Below are positions 37,503 to 50,883 of a stretch of DNA of 64,000 bases, piece after piece. Origin of the DNA: Syncephalis fuscata S228 (taxonomy: Eukaryota; Fungi; Zoopagomycota); assembly GCA_025786725.1 (NCBI GenBank), contig JAHLTZ010000032.1, positions 186,001 through 250,000 of the forward strand, written 5' to 3'. The notes under the pieces are model-generated. The model had not been told where the DNA came from. It saw only the letters and a list, made by a program, of their open reading frames with translations, and did no database searches. How positions within the stretch are numbered: the first letter of the stretch is position 1; each line of letters opens with the position of its first letter. Both the position numbers and the translations under genes were made by a program.

Positions 37503-37735
37503 ACAAGCACGTACTGTAGAAACAATACAACACAATCTAGCACACGACTATTGTCACCTGACAGAACATAGCCTCTGCTAATAGCCATATTAATAAACAA
37601 ACCAGTACTACTATGGTTATTGTTGTTGTTGTTACTACTACTATTGCTGTTACTGTTACTATTAATACTTATTAAAGCGATTACTTCTTACTTCTAGCAC
37701 ACTTTCCTTTATTTGTACCGCTGCTACTTACTGTG

Positions 37736-40695
37736 ATGCTTGAAGAACACACCATATCATTCGATACAGCATTGGCTCAAATACAAGATGGTCTTCACCG
37801 TCTATACCATGTTGTTGGTTTAAATAATATGTCAGGCATGGCGCTTTACCGGTAAGCCGTCGTGCTTAATCTCTAATAGCCAGGTCAATTATTTACAAGA
37901 ATATTAGACTAGTCTACAATTTATGTAATGCAGCACCTAACTCATATGCAGAGCCGCTATTCTCCTCTATTGCTATATTTCTCGACCAACATGTTGACAA
38001 GCTGTATCAGGTAACAGATTAGACGAGTTAGACGCGCTAGAGTAACACCTTTAATATTTAGGATATGGTAGTGGCACATGATATATTATCGATGTACGCT
38101 TCGGCTTGGAAGCGATACAGTCTTGCTTCTCAGTCGGTTAATGTCATCTGTGCCTATATGAATCGTGTCCTTCTCGATACGCGTATGTCGGATGGACGGG
38201 CACTTGGCGAGAAAAGCTCTCGATGGAGGTGTAAATATCGACGACAATCAGTACTTAATGTAGGCCCCACTAACGATAAACACCATAATGATATATTAAC
38301 GTAGTATTAATGTAAATACCATTAGTTGGCCTATACAATATGGCGTGAACGACTTGTTATGCGTATTAGACGAGAGTTAGATGATCGTTTGGTGGGTCAA
38401 TTACTTGGTGCACTTGAAAATGATCGAGATGGTGTGTGGCACCAATCAAGTGAAATATTACAGCAAGTAATAAGATCATTAGGTAATAACAAATCAATAA
38501 CAATAACAATAACAACAATAATACGTAAATGTATTAATACTGTGTTGATCTAGTTGATTTGGGGTCAGAAACAAAAGAGCCACTTATTGTTTATCAGAAA
38601 TTATTTGAAGCAGCTTGGATATTTCGTACTCGTAGCTATTATGAACGAGAAGCTAAACATACTGTGGCTACACTAACCTTGTCGGACTTTATACGCAAGG
38701 TAGAAACAATTATTAGAATTTACTTATCACTTTGTTCATACTAATAAGCATGGCTAGGTGTACAAGCGATTGGAAGAGGAATCGGAGCGGTGTCAGCGCT
38801 ATTTAGATCCATCATCACATGATAAAATACTACATCCTATGATTACAGAGTATATTGTTCAGAATGCCGATATGATTTATGCTGATTTCCGATCTATGTT
38901 GGTTAAAGAACAGCAACAAGGTAGAATTAACTATGATTATGTACATTATTAAGTAGTCTAATAATGATTAGATTGCTTTATTGTTTATACTTTATTACTA
39001 CGTGTCAAGGACGGTGTTTTACCATTGCAGACAACGTTTGAAACGTTTATTACCGAAGAATGCCGTCAACGGCTGATTACACTGGACTGGTCCTCTCCTA
39101 AAGTAAATAGTAATTAATAATGTCGAATGTTTACTTATTACATATTAGATTATTAGTGATTACGTTAATCATCTTATAGATCTTTATCAACACTATGCAG
39201 CGATGTGCGACAAGTTCTTTGCAAATGATCCAGGATTTATTGCAGCATTTGACAAAGCATTCCATTCTATACTTAATGATCGAGTAAAAATACGGCAACC
39301 AGAGATATTGGCTCGCCATTGTGACCAGCTATTACGACGAAAGACGCGAGAGACAGACCAGGTGCTCGAGGAGCGTCTAGTCATTATGATAAAGCTATTT
39401 GGCTATCTTGATGACAAAGATATATTCCAAAAGTTCTATTCGCGGGCGATGGCCAAACGTCTAATTGCCGATGCATCTATTTCGGAAGAGTTGGAAATGA
39501 TGGTGATTGCCCAGTTGCGGGTAAGTAAAATGAATGGTTTACAAATCGATGGACTAAAATAAATGTAGAAATTATGTGGCGTAGACTTTGTAGGGAAACT
39601 GCATCGTATGCTTACCGATATCGAACTGAATCGTGATCTTAATACGTCGTGGCAACAATGGCCGACTAACAATACGCATAAAGATACGCTAGGTAATTGA
39701 CTATTGCACATATACCAAAAGCAGCCATGATACTTATAACATACCAATTAGATAAACCAACTGATTTGCATCCATTAATTCTCACAACAGGTGCTTGGCC
39801 ATTATCAAATACTAGTCAGTCTCAATTGATACTACCGACGATGGTAAGCTGCTAGAGTGATTTTATAGTTAAATAGTTAATTTGTTTTATAGTTGGAACG
39901 TAGTCTAACTGATTTTACTAGCTTCTATCAAGAGAATTTACAGGCCGCAAACTGACTTGGTTCTGGCATTTAAGCAAAGGTAATAAATGTTTGTATAATC
40001 TATTTTAATTTAATATTAATATTGGTATTGTTGGTTAGCTGATATTAGAGTACACTATTTAAAACGACGCTATGAATTATCGGCTACTCTATATCAATTG
40101 GCCATTCTTCTTTGTTTCAACCACAAGAGCGAATGTCTTTTGTCAGAGATTAGACGACAAACCGGTCTACTAGCTGGTGATTTAATACGCACTGCAAGGG
40201 TAAACTAGCTACTCTGGTATATATTTACTAGCACTCATCATATGATTAGTCACTCGTGGACTGCGGTATTCTAACATCAAATACAAAACTTGATACTGAT
40301 CCATCGGAGGCGTTGTTATCGCTTAATCTTCAATTTGAAAGGTAATCTATATTACTAGATTTATAGCTGTATTAATACGTTATTGCACACTTAGCAAACG
40401 AACAAAAATTAAAATCAGTACACCACTACAGGTTGAAAGTGCCCAGGAACAAACCACGACCGTTAAAGCCATCGAAGATGATCGTCGATTATTCCTACAA
40501 GCTGTTCTGGTGCGCATTATGAAATCCCGACGTGAACTATCCCATCTAGATTTGATTAGTGAGACCATTCAGCTGGCCACTGCTCGATTCAATCCAGAAG
40601 TTGGTATGATTAAACGATGTATTGAACAGTTGATCGATAAGCAATTTATAGAACGAGATTTAAAAGATCGTGATCTTTACCGCTATGTGGCTTAG
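37736..40695 (+). CDS. CUL2: Cullin, CUL2-type
   Basis: VYNLCNAAPNSYAEPLF..FLDQHV; LDDKDIFQKFYSRAMAKRLI; neddylation VRIMKSR; C-terminus ARFNPEVGMIKRCIEQLIDKQFIER..YVA; about 13 introns. Confidence 0.8.
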
Positions 40696-40781
40696 TCTAC
40701 TTTAATAAAATATAATACATAATAAACGTGAACGGTTACAACAATAATATAGAGAGAGTTTATTTAGTATTAAATGGCTGG

Positions 40782-42736
40782 TTAAGCAGGTGTTTTACGT
40801 AGACTTTGACTACGTTTGGCCACTTTACCCGTAAACTCATAAGGTAGCAGAGCCGGTCGAGTATAGACACCAACACCATTGGGCGACCAAGTATGTAGAG
40901 TAACTGGAGGGAATCGACCAGCAAGAGCAATCCAGCCGATACCCGACCAAACAATATCTAAACTGGCCATCGTATCATGCTGACCATATGCCGATACGTT
41001 AAGGGCCGATTTTAGTGGTGGATATGGCTTTAGTCGCATAATACCCGCTTTTGGTGGGCTAAGTGCGCCGGGCCATTTCGAGTCGGGCTTGGCAAGTTGA
41101 GCAATTAATTCATCGGCCCGTTTAATATTTGTAAAATGGGGTCGAAGTGCACTCGTAAGCGTCATAAGCATGGGACGACTGCCTTCCGTATAGTCAAGTC
41201 GGGCCAATCCACCGAGTAAGACAGATTCACCTAAAATGGCTTCTATTAATCCATTGACATAGCTATTAATAAGAGTAGCCTACCTGGTAGAATACGATAA
41301 GTTAGTGGTTTGATCCGATGTCTAGGCAGTACATGCGATAGTTCTTGTGGTTCTAAAAAGTTGATCAATTGATCGGGTGCAATAATACCAGGCATATCGT
41401 ATAGCATACGTTCTCGTGAACGGCCACGATTTTGAGGGGCCAATGCAGCTGGATCAAATATCCGACCTAGATCCTCACAACTGATGCCTAGACCCGCCAT
41501 AGTAGTGCCAGGGATCGGCGATGTTGTCAGTGTTAATTCTTTGGTACGTTGAGCCGATCGATATGCCCGACTGTATCGAAGAAATGCATTGATCAAAGCA
41601 GATTTGCCGGCATTCACACTACCAATAAGATAAAGATCTTCATCGCCGGTACGTAGTTTCTGTATACGTTTTACCAGTTGGTGTATGCCCACACCGGTAT
41701 GCGCACTCACTGGAACTACATCACTAATCTTTTTTATGCCCATACGATTCAATTCTTCAGTAACATATTGTTTTATACGTTTATGTCGTGTCTTCTCTGG
41801 TAGAATATCCATTTTGTTGACCACCACTAAAAGCTGTTTACATTGAGTGACAATATCCACCAATGCCGGTGGGATTGAGCCGGGAAAGTCAAAGATATCT
41901 ATGACAAGAATGGGCATAACCCCTCGTCGTCGATGCAATATATCAATTGCTTCCGAGGTGAGTGCTGGTGCTGTACTGCCCCATAGTTCCGTTTGCGTTG
42001 AAGGCAAGCAGTGCTGATAGCGTAGAGTATGGCAACGTTGACATATCCTAGTAGGCAATTGAGTAGTTTCAGCAAGTGCTTCTTTTGTAATTTCATCAAT
42101 ATTTTCATCGATATTTTCATCAATATGAGTTGGTTTATCGCTTAACTCTTCATCGATTACAGCATGATCAGTAGATTCCGTTGTATTCGTCGTTTCTACC
42201 TCTAAATTACTAGCTGTCGGTACAAATTCTTTACGTAACTCTTCTGGTAATTCTGCCACTAAACGATCAAAGTCTTCATCGCCCAATGATCGATGTGTAC
42301 TTTTTTGTGTCCTTCGACCTTTTCTCTCTTCAGATAGAGATGCTAGCTGTGTAGTTGATTTGGCTAGTGTATCTGGTAAATAACCAGGCAGAAATGGATC
42401 TTCTTGTTGTAATTGAATGCCACAGCCTGGACATTGTCCTAATGGTGGTAAATCTTCCTCCTCTTCCTCTTCCTCTACTTCCTTATTTTCGTTAGTCAGT
42501 AAAGTATCTGTTGTCAAAGTCGTTAGTGCCTGTCGTTGTAATCGGGGAAGTATTAAAGCGCGATGTAATAGACGAGTAGTTCTAGCCGTATGAGCGGTAC
42601 ATGAGTACTTTGTAAAAGAGCGTACTGCGCATCCGTGCAACAAAGTATTTCTTTCGACGCGTATACCGCGAGCTATTGCCGAGTAGGCCACACGGACGTA
42701 TAATTTGCCCAGTGAAGTGTGCGTCGTTGATGACAT
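40782..42736 (-). CDS. GEP3: Mitochondrial circularly permuted GTPase (YqeH/NOA1/Gep3 family)
   Basis: CPGCG..CQRC Zn motif, DIFDFPGS, NKMD, SAHTG, GSVNAGKSALIN, PGTT, DMPG, GIGWI; presequence; one intron. Confidence 0.9.
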
Positions 42737-43299
42737 GAATTCAAATATAAAAACAATCGTGAAATAATGTTCTATAATAAAATAAATAAAATATTAACGA
42801 AATGTAAGAAAAAGTTTATTTTAATCACTGAGGTCACTCACCACCCAATTCATCTTCATAGATTGAATGTCTAGTTCAATTACGCGGATATTATTGTGTA
42901 GTCATTTGACCCCAAGCTATACTATAATAATAATAAATTATATTAGTAATGTTAACTAGTGCACAGTATATATGCCATAAAAACATTATTATTAAAATAG
43001 CTGGTATAGACTTGGTTATATTGGATGTAGCTGAATGTAATATGGTCATTTTGGCAAAAAGAAAAGATGCTATCTTTATTTATTTTACTTCAAATTTGTG
43101 AGCATATCCATTCCTATTGTATAATAGATATCTACCAAGAAAGGGATAGAGAGAGAAAGTAATGGATAGAAAAAACGATAAAGTAAGAGTAGAAGCGGGA
43201 CGCAATATTGGGCCTGGTAAAATAGATATAAGCAAGAAAATATTATCCACAATAGACCGGAGTGGCGTGGTGGTGTAGTAATAGTAGTAGTAGTAGTAA

Positions 43300-45199
43300 T
43301 TATCTTAGATCGCTCATATTAGAATGAAGCGGTACTAATCGGTCGGATGGATCGATGGCCGATGTACTTGATCCGTGTGAAATGGGCGCTTTTGGACGAC
43401 GATGCGGCCTTTTCATAGTAGCCCGTACTTCATCGTCATAGCGGTCCTCATTAGCGTTATCGTCGAAGATATCAACGATGGACGTGTCGGGTAATGGCCA
43501 GCAACGTAGTTCTTGCCATTCTCGTATCATGTCTTTTAAAGCAGCGATGGACACGCGTGGAACAAGATACTCAAATCCTGTTAAGGCATATAGTTTTGTT
43601 CCGTCGACTTGTATGGCCGGCGGCACCAAATGATACCGATTAAAGTAGGGCGTCAATGGAGCGTCTTGAATGCCTGCATGTTTTAGTAGACGCGACCAGG
43701 CTGGAACCACTTTGGAATTGGCTTCAGAAATGGCTCGATTGGACGTCTATAGGACAATGATGTGTCAATACACACTATAACACACGTGTAAATGTATACA
43801 TACCACAGATGATGTTAAAATCTTGGATACAAACCACCAATGGAACTTGACTGTTACATTGAATAGACGTGAAATAATACTCCATAAAGATCCGTTGGCT
43901 ATATCGAATAAGTAAAAGAAGTATTAATTAGACTGTTACTTACTTGAATCATAAAGATCGGTAACATTAAATATTTCATGGCCTTGACGTCCACTATCAC
44001 GATACCACAATGAGACGTGCCATAATGCACGGGCCAAATCATGTACATGAACCGTGTTTAGAAAACGATCTGGCGACGAGTAGGAGTAGACGGACGTGTG
44101 TGCCTCTCGGTGTACACGACCCACTACCATCATTTGTGCTATTATTTAGTAACATACAGAACGATACAAATAAAAAAATAATTGTTAACAATGCAAATAA
44201 CAAATCAATCGTTAATAATGTAAATAAAATAACTGATACAATCAACCTACCAATAAGACTTAGGTCACCAGGACCGTAAACAATGGATGGCCGCATAATA
44301 ATTACATTGAGACTGGTGGATTAATGATCACAGCGTATATTAATTATAAACATTATTTACATTTTATTATAAACTTACTTTCTCATTTTCAGCAATGCCT
44401 CATCTGCTCGATAAAAGTATTTCGCTGCTGCATTTAACGACGAAAGATGCGATGGGTCAATTGGGTCTTCTTCTCGACTGTGTGTCTAGCAAAATAAACA
44501 TAAAAGATTACATTTAATAACAGATGGGCCATAGTTGGACTGCCACTTACATGGTGATCCGAATAGACACTGGCCGACGAGACTTGGACAAATAGCTTTG
44601 CTTTGCCTCGAGCTGCCTCATTGGCACATATAGTAGTGAGTGTGCAGATATTTTCTTCGTAGGCCTAAAGCGTTGTTGTATAAGCGGTGATTCATTAGTA
44701 TTAGGTACATTGACCGTGATTATTCTCCGCTGCTGTCGGACTTACATGCTCAGATACTTCGGGTCGTCGCTCGCATGCCAAGTTGTACACAACATCCCAT
44801 GGTTCGCCGTCACTTCGTTTAAAACCTTGCTTTACTGCATCTAAGGTGGGACAAACCATTTTGACGTTAAACAGTTGATAGACGTACAGCCTTTGCTGCT
44901 ACAGATTTTAGAACCACCACCCCGTCCAGCTGTCCATAGCCGGATTTGGCGTGATACAAGGTAGCAGCAAACACCCATCCCTGTGACAATGGTTGGTTTT
45001 ACTTACCAGTTAGCGTAAGATTGCATTGCTGGAAATCAATTTCCTCGAAAGCACGGCGACAGCGCCGAGAGAGCAAAGAGCATTCGGGAGGTATTTTGTC
45101 TAGTACACGAACATTGCCTGTTTTGTAGTTCTCTACAAGATAGGTAACGAGCCAGCGGCCATAGAAGCCTGCACCACCAAGGATGAGCACACGAGGCAT
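43300..45199 (-). CDS. NAD-dependent epimerase/dehydratase (extended SDR)
   Basis: VLILGGAGFYG, VVYNLA, FVQVSSASVY, MRPSIVYGPGD, NTVHVHDLARA; about 7 introns. Confidence 0.85.
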
Positions 45200-47441
45200 A
45201 GTTGTATTGGGAAGTACTAGGGAAACAGCAATAAAAACAGTAGAGTAGAGCGTTGCGGCAGCACTGTAATGACGACAAACAAACGAAAACTAGCGTGTAT
45301 TCTAGATGGCGTAGTGACTTGACAAGGAATTGCAAACAAGTACGGTAATAAAGATAAGAGCGTAATGACAACGAGAGAAGAATGAGACACTCTAAAACCG
45401 TATGGGTATGGTCTGGCCAGAAATATAGGGAATGCGAGCGTAGTTTAAGAGCAGAAAATACTAGAGAGTGAGAGGTAGAGAGATAGAGAGAGGTGCAGCA
45501 GCACCACCACCAATAACAATATAACGATACTTAACCAAAGACTTGGCTGTAGGAAGAATAGTCGTTGACTAGTGGGGGAATTGGTGGAAAGTCAAGTAAT
45601 AGGATAGGGCACACCCACATGTACACATGCACGGATATACACACTAGACTAAATAGATAGACTATATGGCAGTGTATAATTGAAGGGTGGGTACAGTCTT
45701 GATACAGGTAATAAACGGATAGGAGCAAGGCAGGATCAAGCAATGGGTGAAGGGGATGGAATAGATGTGAGCATGCGAACGAGCAATAAAGAGAATAAGA
45801 ATAAGAGTGGATAGGGGCGAAAGAGCGAAACGGGAACGAGAGGGACGAAAGAAGGTGCGAGTGTTTTGAGCAGGTATGGACATAGACTGGCATGGCTTGC
45901 TTTACCATTTTTCGGCGATTACTTTGTTTAGTGATATGACGAGAATATTCCGCGCCACATACGGCCTATTAGAGTGCGGCCCTGTGTAGAGAAAATAGCC
46001 TTGGTCGTACGGACACGCGGATATAGAAGTGGCCATTGCAGACGTGGGTCCCTTCATCTCAAACGGTTTAATTGACTACTCTAATCCGGTAATCGACGGG
46101 TACATTCCGCGTAACCAATCATCACCACTGGATAAGCAAAGAGTGCGCAAACTCGACTAAAGAAAGCTTTCCTATCATCGGGGGTCCATAGAGGATATAC
46201 ACTTTTAGATGTTCACAGCAATGCATGACGAAATAGTTGCCATTACTATTGACAAAAATACAATTATAACTGTTATGAGTCCGCTTTTGGCGCGACATGA
46301 GTGTTGAAAGACGGCACACACGCACACACACGTATATTACTTGTAACAACAAGTCAAGATTGCCATTCACTGTGTATCTGTACACAGTAGTATTGTGTTT
46401 GAGATTCAATGTTTTGTGAAATAAGCTTTTTATTAATTTCAGTGCAAGGACCATTCCATAACGGGATAAGCACTAAAATGGTTGGTCAAGCTGGCCGGAA
46501 AAATACTTTTAAATATGTCCAGTTACTGCCGTAAATAAAAAGTGTTAGCTACAATACTTAATACAATGCTTTGTATATTACTTACTCGAATACTTCATTT
46601 CCCTTTTTATTCCTCCATCCTTCTACGGGAAAAAGAATATCCAACTTTTAAAAAAGAATGGCCGTTTTGTTCACGATAAAAATAATGTTTAATCCTACTT
46701 AAAATTGAAAGTGTGATTATCCACATTACGGTGAAAAAATCGATGATTGATTGGTTTTACGTCTAAATTCAATTGAACTTGGACCATTATTTTTTGCTTT
46801 GTATGTAAAAATATCATGTATATTTTTAACTGCCACTACATCGCGATTCCATATTGTATAAGTTTGACATTTGAGTACGACGCGTATTTATGCTTTGACC
46901 CAACAGTTGCCATATTTTCCAATGCTCTATTTTTACTACTGTTGTTATTAAACAATTATTAAACATAGAGTATATTTTGTTTATTAATATTATATATAAT
47001 TTAATTCAATATTTAATAAAATAGTTAATTCTGCTTATACTAGCGCAATAATATAATGTAGATCAGTATCTAACTGATATAATTTTGTTAAATAAAGATT
47101 ACTATTATAAGAGCGTTATTAGCCAGGAATGTAATCTATAACATGTCGTACATTTTTACTATATTTTTACTATGGAGTAGTTATAGCTATTTGGGCAGGA
47201 AGAAAAGTGTAAACATATTAGCAGCAAGACTGTCGGTAGCTGCAACATACCATTCAGTTACTTGAATTGCATTACATGTTATCATAAATAATATACATTA
47301 ATATTATTGTTCTCTTTTCATGCGTGCAATAATTATAACGAATTTACTGCATCTTTACGGCCATGGTAGAAATATTTCAAAAATATAAACATAAGCTAAA
47401 TAACAACTGAAAGTATATTTATTACATAAAATAAAACGAAA

Positions 47442-49870
47442 TTACGGCTTTGTTTTGCTACGGATAAACAATTAGATGCAACATAATGGATTTATTATAC
47501 TTACCGTGTTGTTTTCTTTTTGCTCTTTTGACGTTTTCTCTGCCATAATGGCATTGGAGTGGCTGTGATAGCATTATCCCGCATGCTAGAATAAAACTCC
47601 TGAACCTCTTCGTGACAAGTAACGTGTTTTTTATCGAAATTCAACAGCTCCAATCCATCCTATGATGCATATTAGCCATTAATACTATCAATATCAATGA
47701 TACACACCAGAGACCGAACACGACTAAGTGCCACGTATGCTTGACCAGGAGCAAACGCTTGATCAAGAGAAATCTACAATGCTGTATTAGTCGTGCAATG
47801 CTTATTGCTATATTTATTATTTACCTGAACACAATCTAAAGACAATCCTATATTATTACCACGCTATTAATAAAAACACATGTTATAAGTTATACAACAC
47901 ACCTTGACACTATGTCAGTTGCTAATTAGTAAGTAAAATGATTAAATGCTATAGCACTAACCTTGTGAACGGTAAGCGACCAGGCAAGCTTGAGCGGAAT
48001 TTGCTCACGAAAAACAATGGTGCGATTAAGTAGCTCTACTTCGTGTATAATAGGATAGATAGCACATTCTTGTCCATTAGCAAAACGAACCACCGGAAAG
48101 CGGCGATTGTCCATATTCCAATGCGGGCTCCAAGTTTGTAGATGACGACTTTTCGTCGTGCGCATAATACGCAGCATCTTTCGATGTACATCTCTTTCCG
48201 GCACAAAACGAGTAATTACCCCACGACTGCCGTTAACTAGACCTCGGGCCAGTGATAAATTGGCTAGATGCCAAATGGTTATTATTTAAGTATAGGTATG
48301 CACCATTTGATTATTCTTACTTAACAGCATCACTTGAGCACCGACTTTAAGCTCTAAACAGCTTTCTAATCGAACATCTTTAAGTCCATATTCAACTATT
48401 TGATCTGGTAAGCTATTGGGACCATCAACGGCATCGTAGACAAATGTAGGGCCGGTAGCTTATTGAATAAACTGCGATTTTCATCTGCCACTTGAGCGCG
48501 CGTAACGTGCAATTTAGTAGGCTATAAATCATATTAACACATCAAAACAAAAAAAACAGCTACAAGCTTACTAATACGCCTAAAAATGAGTTCGTTCGTG
48601 TGGCAAGTGGCACACGACATTGATCAAGTAGTTTCATTGCTTTCGATGTCACATTGCCTTTACGAATTTCATTGAGAATTGATACAAAATCTGCGTCAGT
48701 TTGACGAAACACCGTCTGTAATTCAATACAGGCCAATTCGGCTGCCTTCCAAGCGGCCGATTGAAAAGCAAGAATTTCCATTTTATGACCGCAATCTCCA
48801 CAAGTCACTGATGAAACGCCCGATTTTTTATCACTCGCCTGTAAACGAGTACCGCAAGCTGAACAATCTATAAAACGTGTCACTATACAAGCATTAACAT
48901 TTCATTATAAATGATAAAAGTGCCAATTATATTTACCTGGAGGCAATTGAAAGAAATCGCCACAGAACAAAAGCTGAATACCACCAAATGGCAAGGCTGA
49001 TTTTTTAATATGCTGAGCTATTCTGTCCAACTTATCAAGCATGTCTGCTCGCACCATACTAATTTCGTCAATAATCAATACTTCAGTCTTCTTCCATCGT
49101 CGAACTGCTTTTTTATTCGTCAATGTGTGCTCTAGCAATGCCTCTGTACTGCCATCAGCGAGTCCTACACCGGCAAATGAATGCAATGTTTGTCCACCAA
49201 TATGAACTGCCGCAACACCTAATTATTTATTAGATAATAATTACTGTTTCATTTCATCTTACCAGTGGATGCTGTAATAGCAACATTTTTACCAGTCAGT
49301 TGTAATCGCTTAATTATACTTTTAAGTAGAAATGTTTTACCAACACCAGCTGATCCAGTAAAAAATACATTTCTACCTGCCAATGCTTGATCTATAACAT
49401 ATTTTTGCTCTTTTGATAATAATTGGTCTTCTTCAGCAATTTTTTGACGTAAATCTTCTTCCCATTCCTGTGTGTCTTTTCGTTGACTTTTGTCGCGATT
49501 CCAAACAATAACACCATAGTCTTGGCTATCCCTTTTATCACTTGACTGTTCTATTTGTCATTACTGGTTAATATTAACTTGAATAATGATATTCAGCTAA
49601 TGGTGACGTATGACATTATTATTAACACTTACCCATACATTCCACTTGTTGCATCGAGTTTATAGCAATTTGCTTTTCTTGCTGCCTATAAATACTTGGT
49701 CCAACTACCGAGGATTGCTCTGCAGGCAGTGCATTTCTGTATGGAACGGCGGTTGACAAACTGACTCGTCCTAGAATACGAATGGGTTGTCGGCTAGACT
49801 GGCCGAAAGGTAGAGCAAGCGTTAAGCGTTTATCCGCCAAAAGCGCCCGACGGAATAGCGCTAATTTCAT
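47442..49870 (-). CDS. PIF1: Pif1-family DNA helicase, probably mitochondrial; apparent 1-nt deletion near 48455
   Basis: FTGSAGVGKT, LHSFAGVG, IIDEISM, PFGGIQ..GDFFQLPP, VFRQ, GAQVMLL, LVNGSRG, QIPLKLAWSLTVHKCQGLSLD, GQAYVALSR; Arg-rich presequence MKLALFRR. Confidence 0.93.
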
Positions 49871-50032
49871 TTTTATATTCAATTAAGGACCATAAATTCT
49901 ACGAGTATTAGAAGTGTTGCAAGCTAGATTACAAGGAATTAGATTTGTAAGGTCAATAACAGAAATTGCCAATAAAAAGTATGGAAAAGTTTGTTATAAT
50001 TTGATGAATTAAATCAATTGACGTTGAATTTA

Positions 50033-50313
50033 GGGAGGCGTGTGGCCTAAACGGTCTTTAAAGTAGGAAAATGTTTTCGCTAGTTCGAATTTGTTTCAGG
50101 AAATGCGTGATGGATCCTTCCGTAGAAGAATGGTCGATATTCCAACACGTGAGGAGACCAACGGTTTCAGTTGTAGATGGCAGGTTCTGCGTTGCGCGGA
50201 TATTCGAATGAACGTCTATTCTCCTAGGGTGGCAGACAATGCTGCAAATGCGCGTTAGGTCCACGGACCGTTGTCTCACTTAAGCTAATAAATTCAAATT
50301 CAAATTCAAATTC
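50033..50313 (+). mobile_element. tRNA-derived SINE-like retroposon with 22-bp target-site duplication
   Basis: Identical flanks AAATCAATTGACGTTGAATTTA at 50011-50032 and 50314-50335; 5' GG start, A-box-like TGGCCTAAACGG, B-box-like GTTCGAAT; 3' tail (AAATTC)4. Confidence 0.85.
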
Positions 50314-50883
50314 AAATCAATTGACGTTGAATTTATTTCAGCTTTATATCTCCGCGCTTATCATAATAAAAATGATATCATCTTTCGTTGTGCCTTTTTT
50401 ATTAGATATAATCATACTAAGTAAATTTAACATTAATAAAACATGCGAAGTAATAGATACGCACAAGAAAGCATAAGTACTACCTGCTTACAATGCTAAC
50501 GAATAAACTGATTGTTAACCGCGCTAAACGTGTCTTATTATCTTTGTCATCTTCTATATATTGACGGCACATTGCCACACCGTACAATAATGATTGTTAA
50601 AATGAACAGTGTCAATGTGGTTGTATTAAATGTAACTAACTACAATATTTTTATTTTTTTATTTGATTAATAAACTAAATAAGATATATAATACCATATT
50701 GTTACTATTCTACTTAGATTAAAACAATAAACATATTATTAACACTCACTAGTCTTGAATGATCTGTAGTAAAGCTTATTAGTATGCTATAATACTTAAA
50801 CATATCAATGGTAATTAAAACATGACAAGTTACGCATATGATTGTACACGAATCAGCACACAATTACAACAAATAATTATACT

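Noticed and set aside
50033-50110. Functional tRNA gene
   Set aside because: Has A/B-box-like motifs but no acceptor stem or cloverleaf that I could fold; the TSD and tail indicate a SINE
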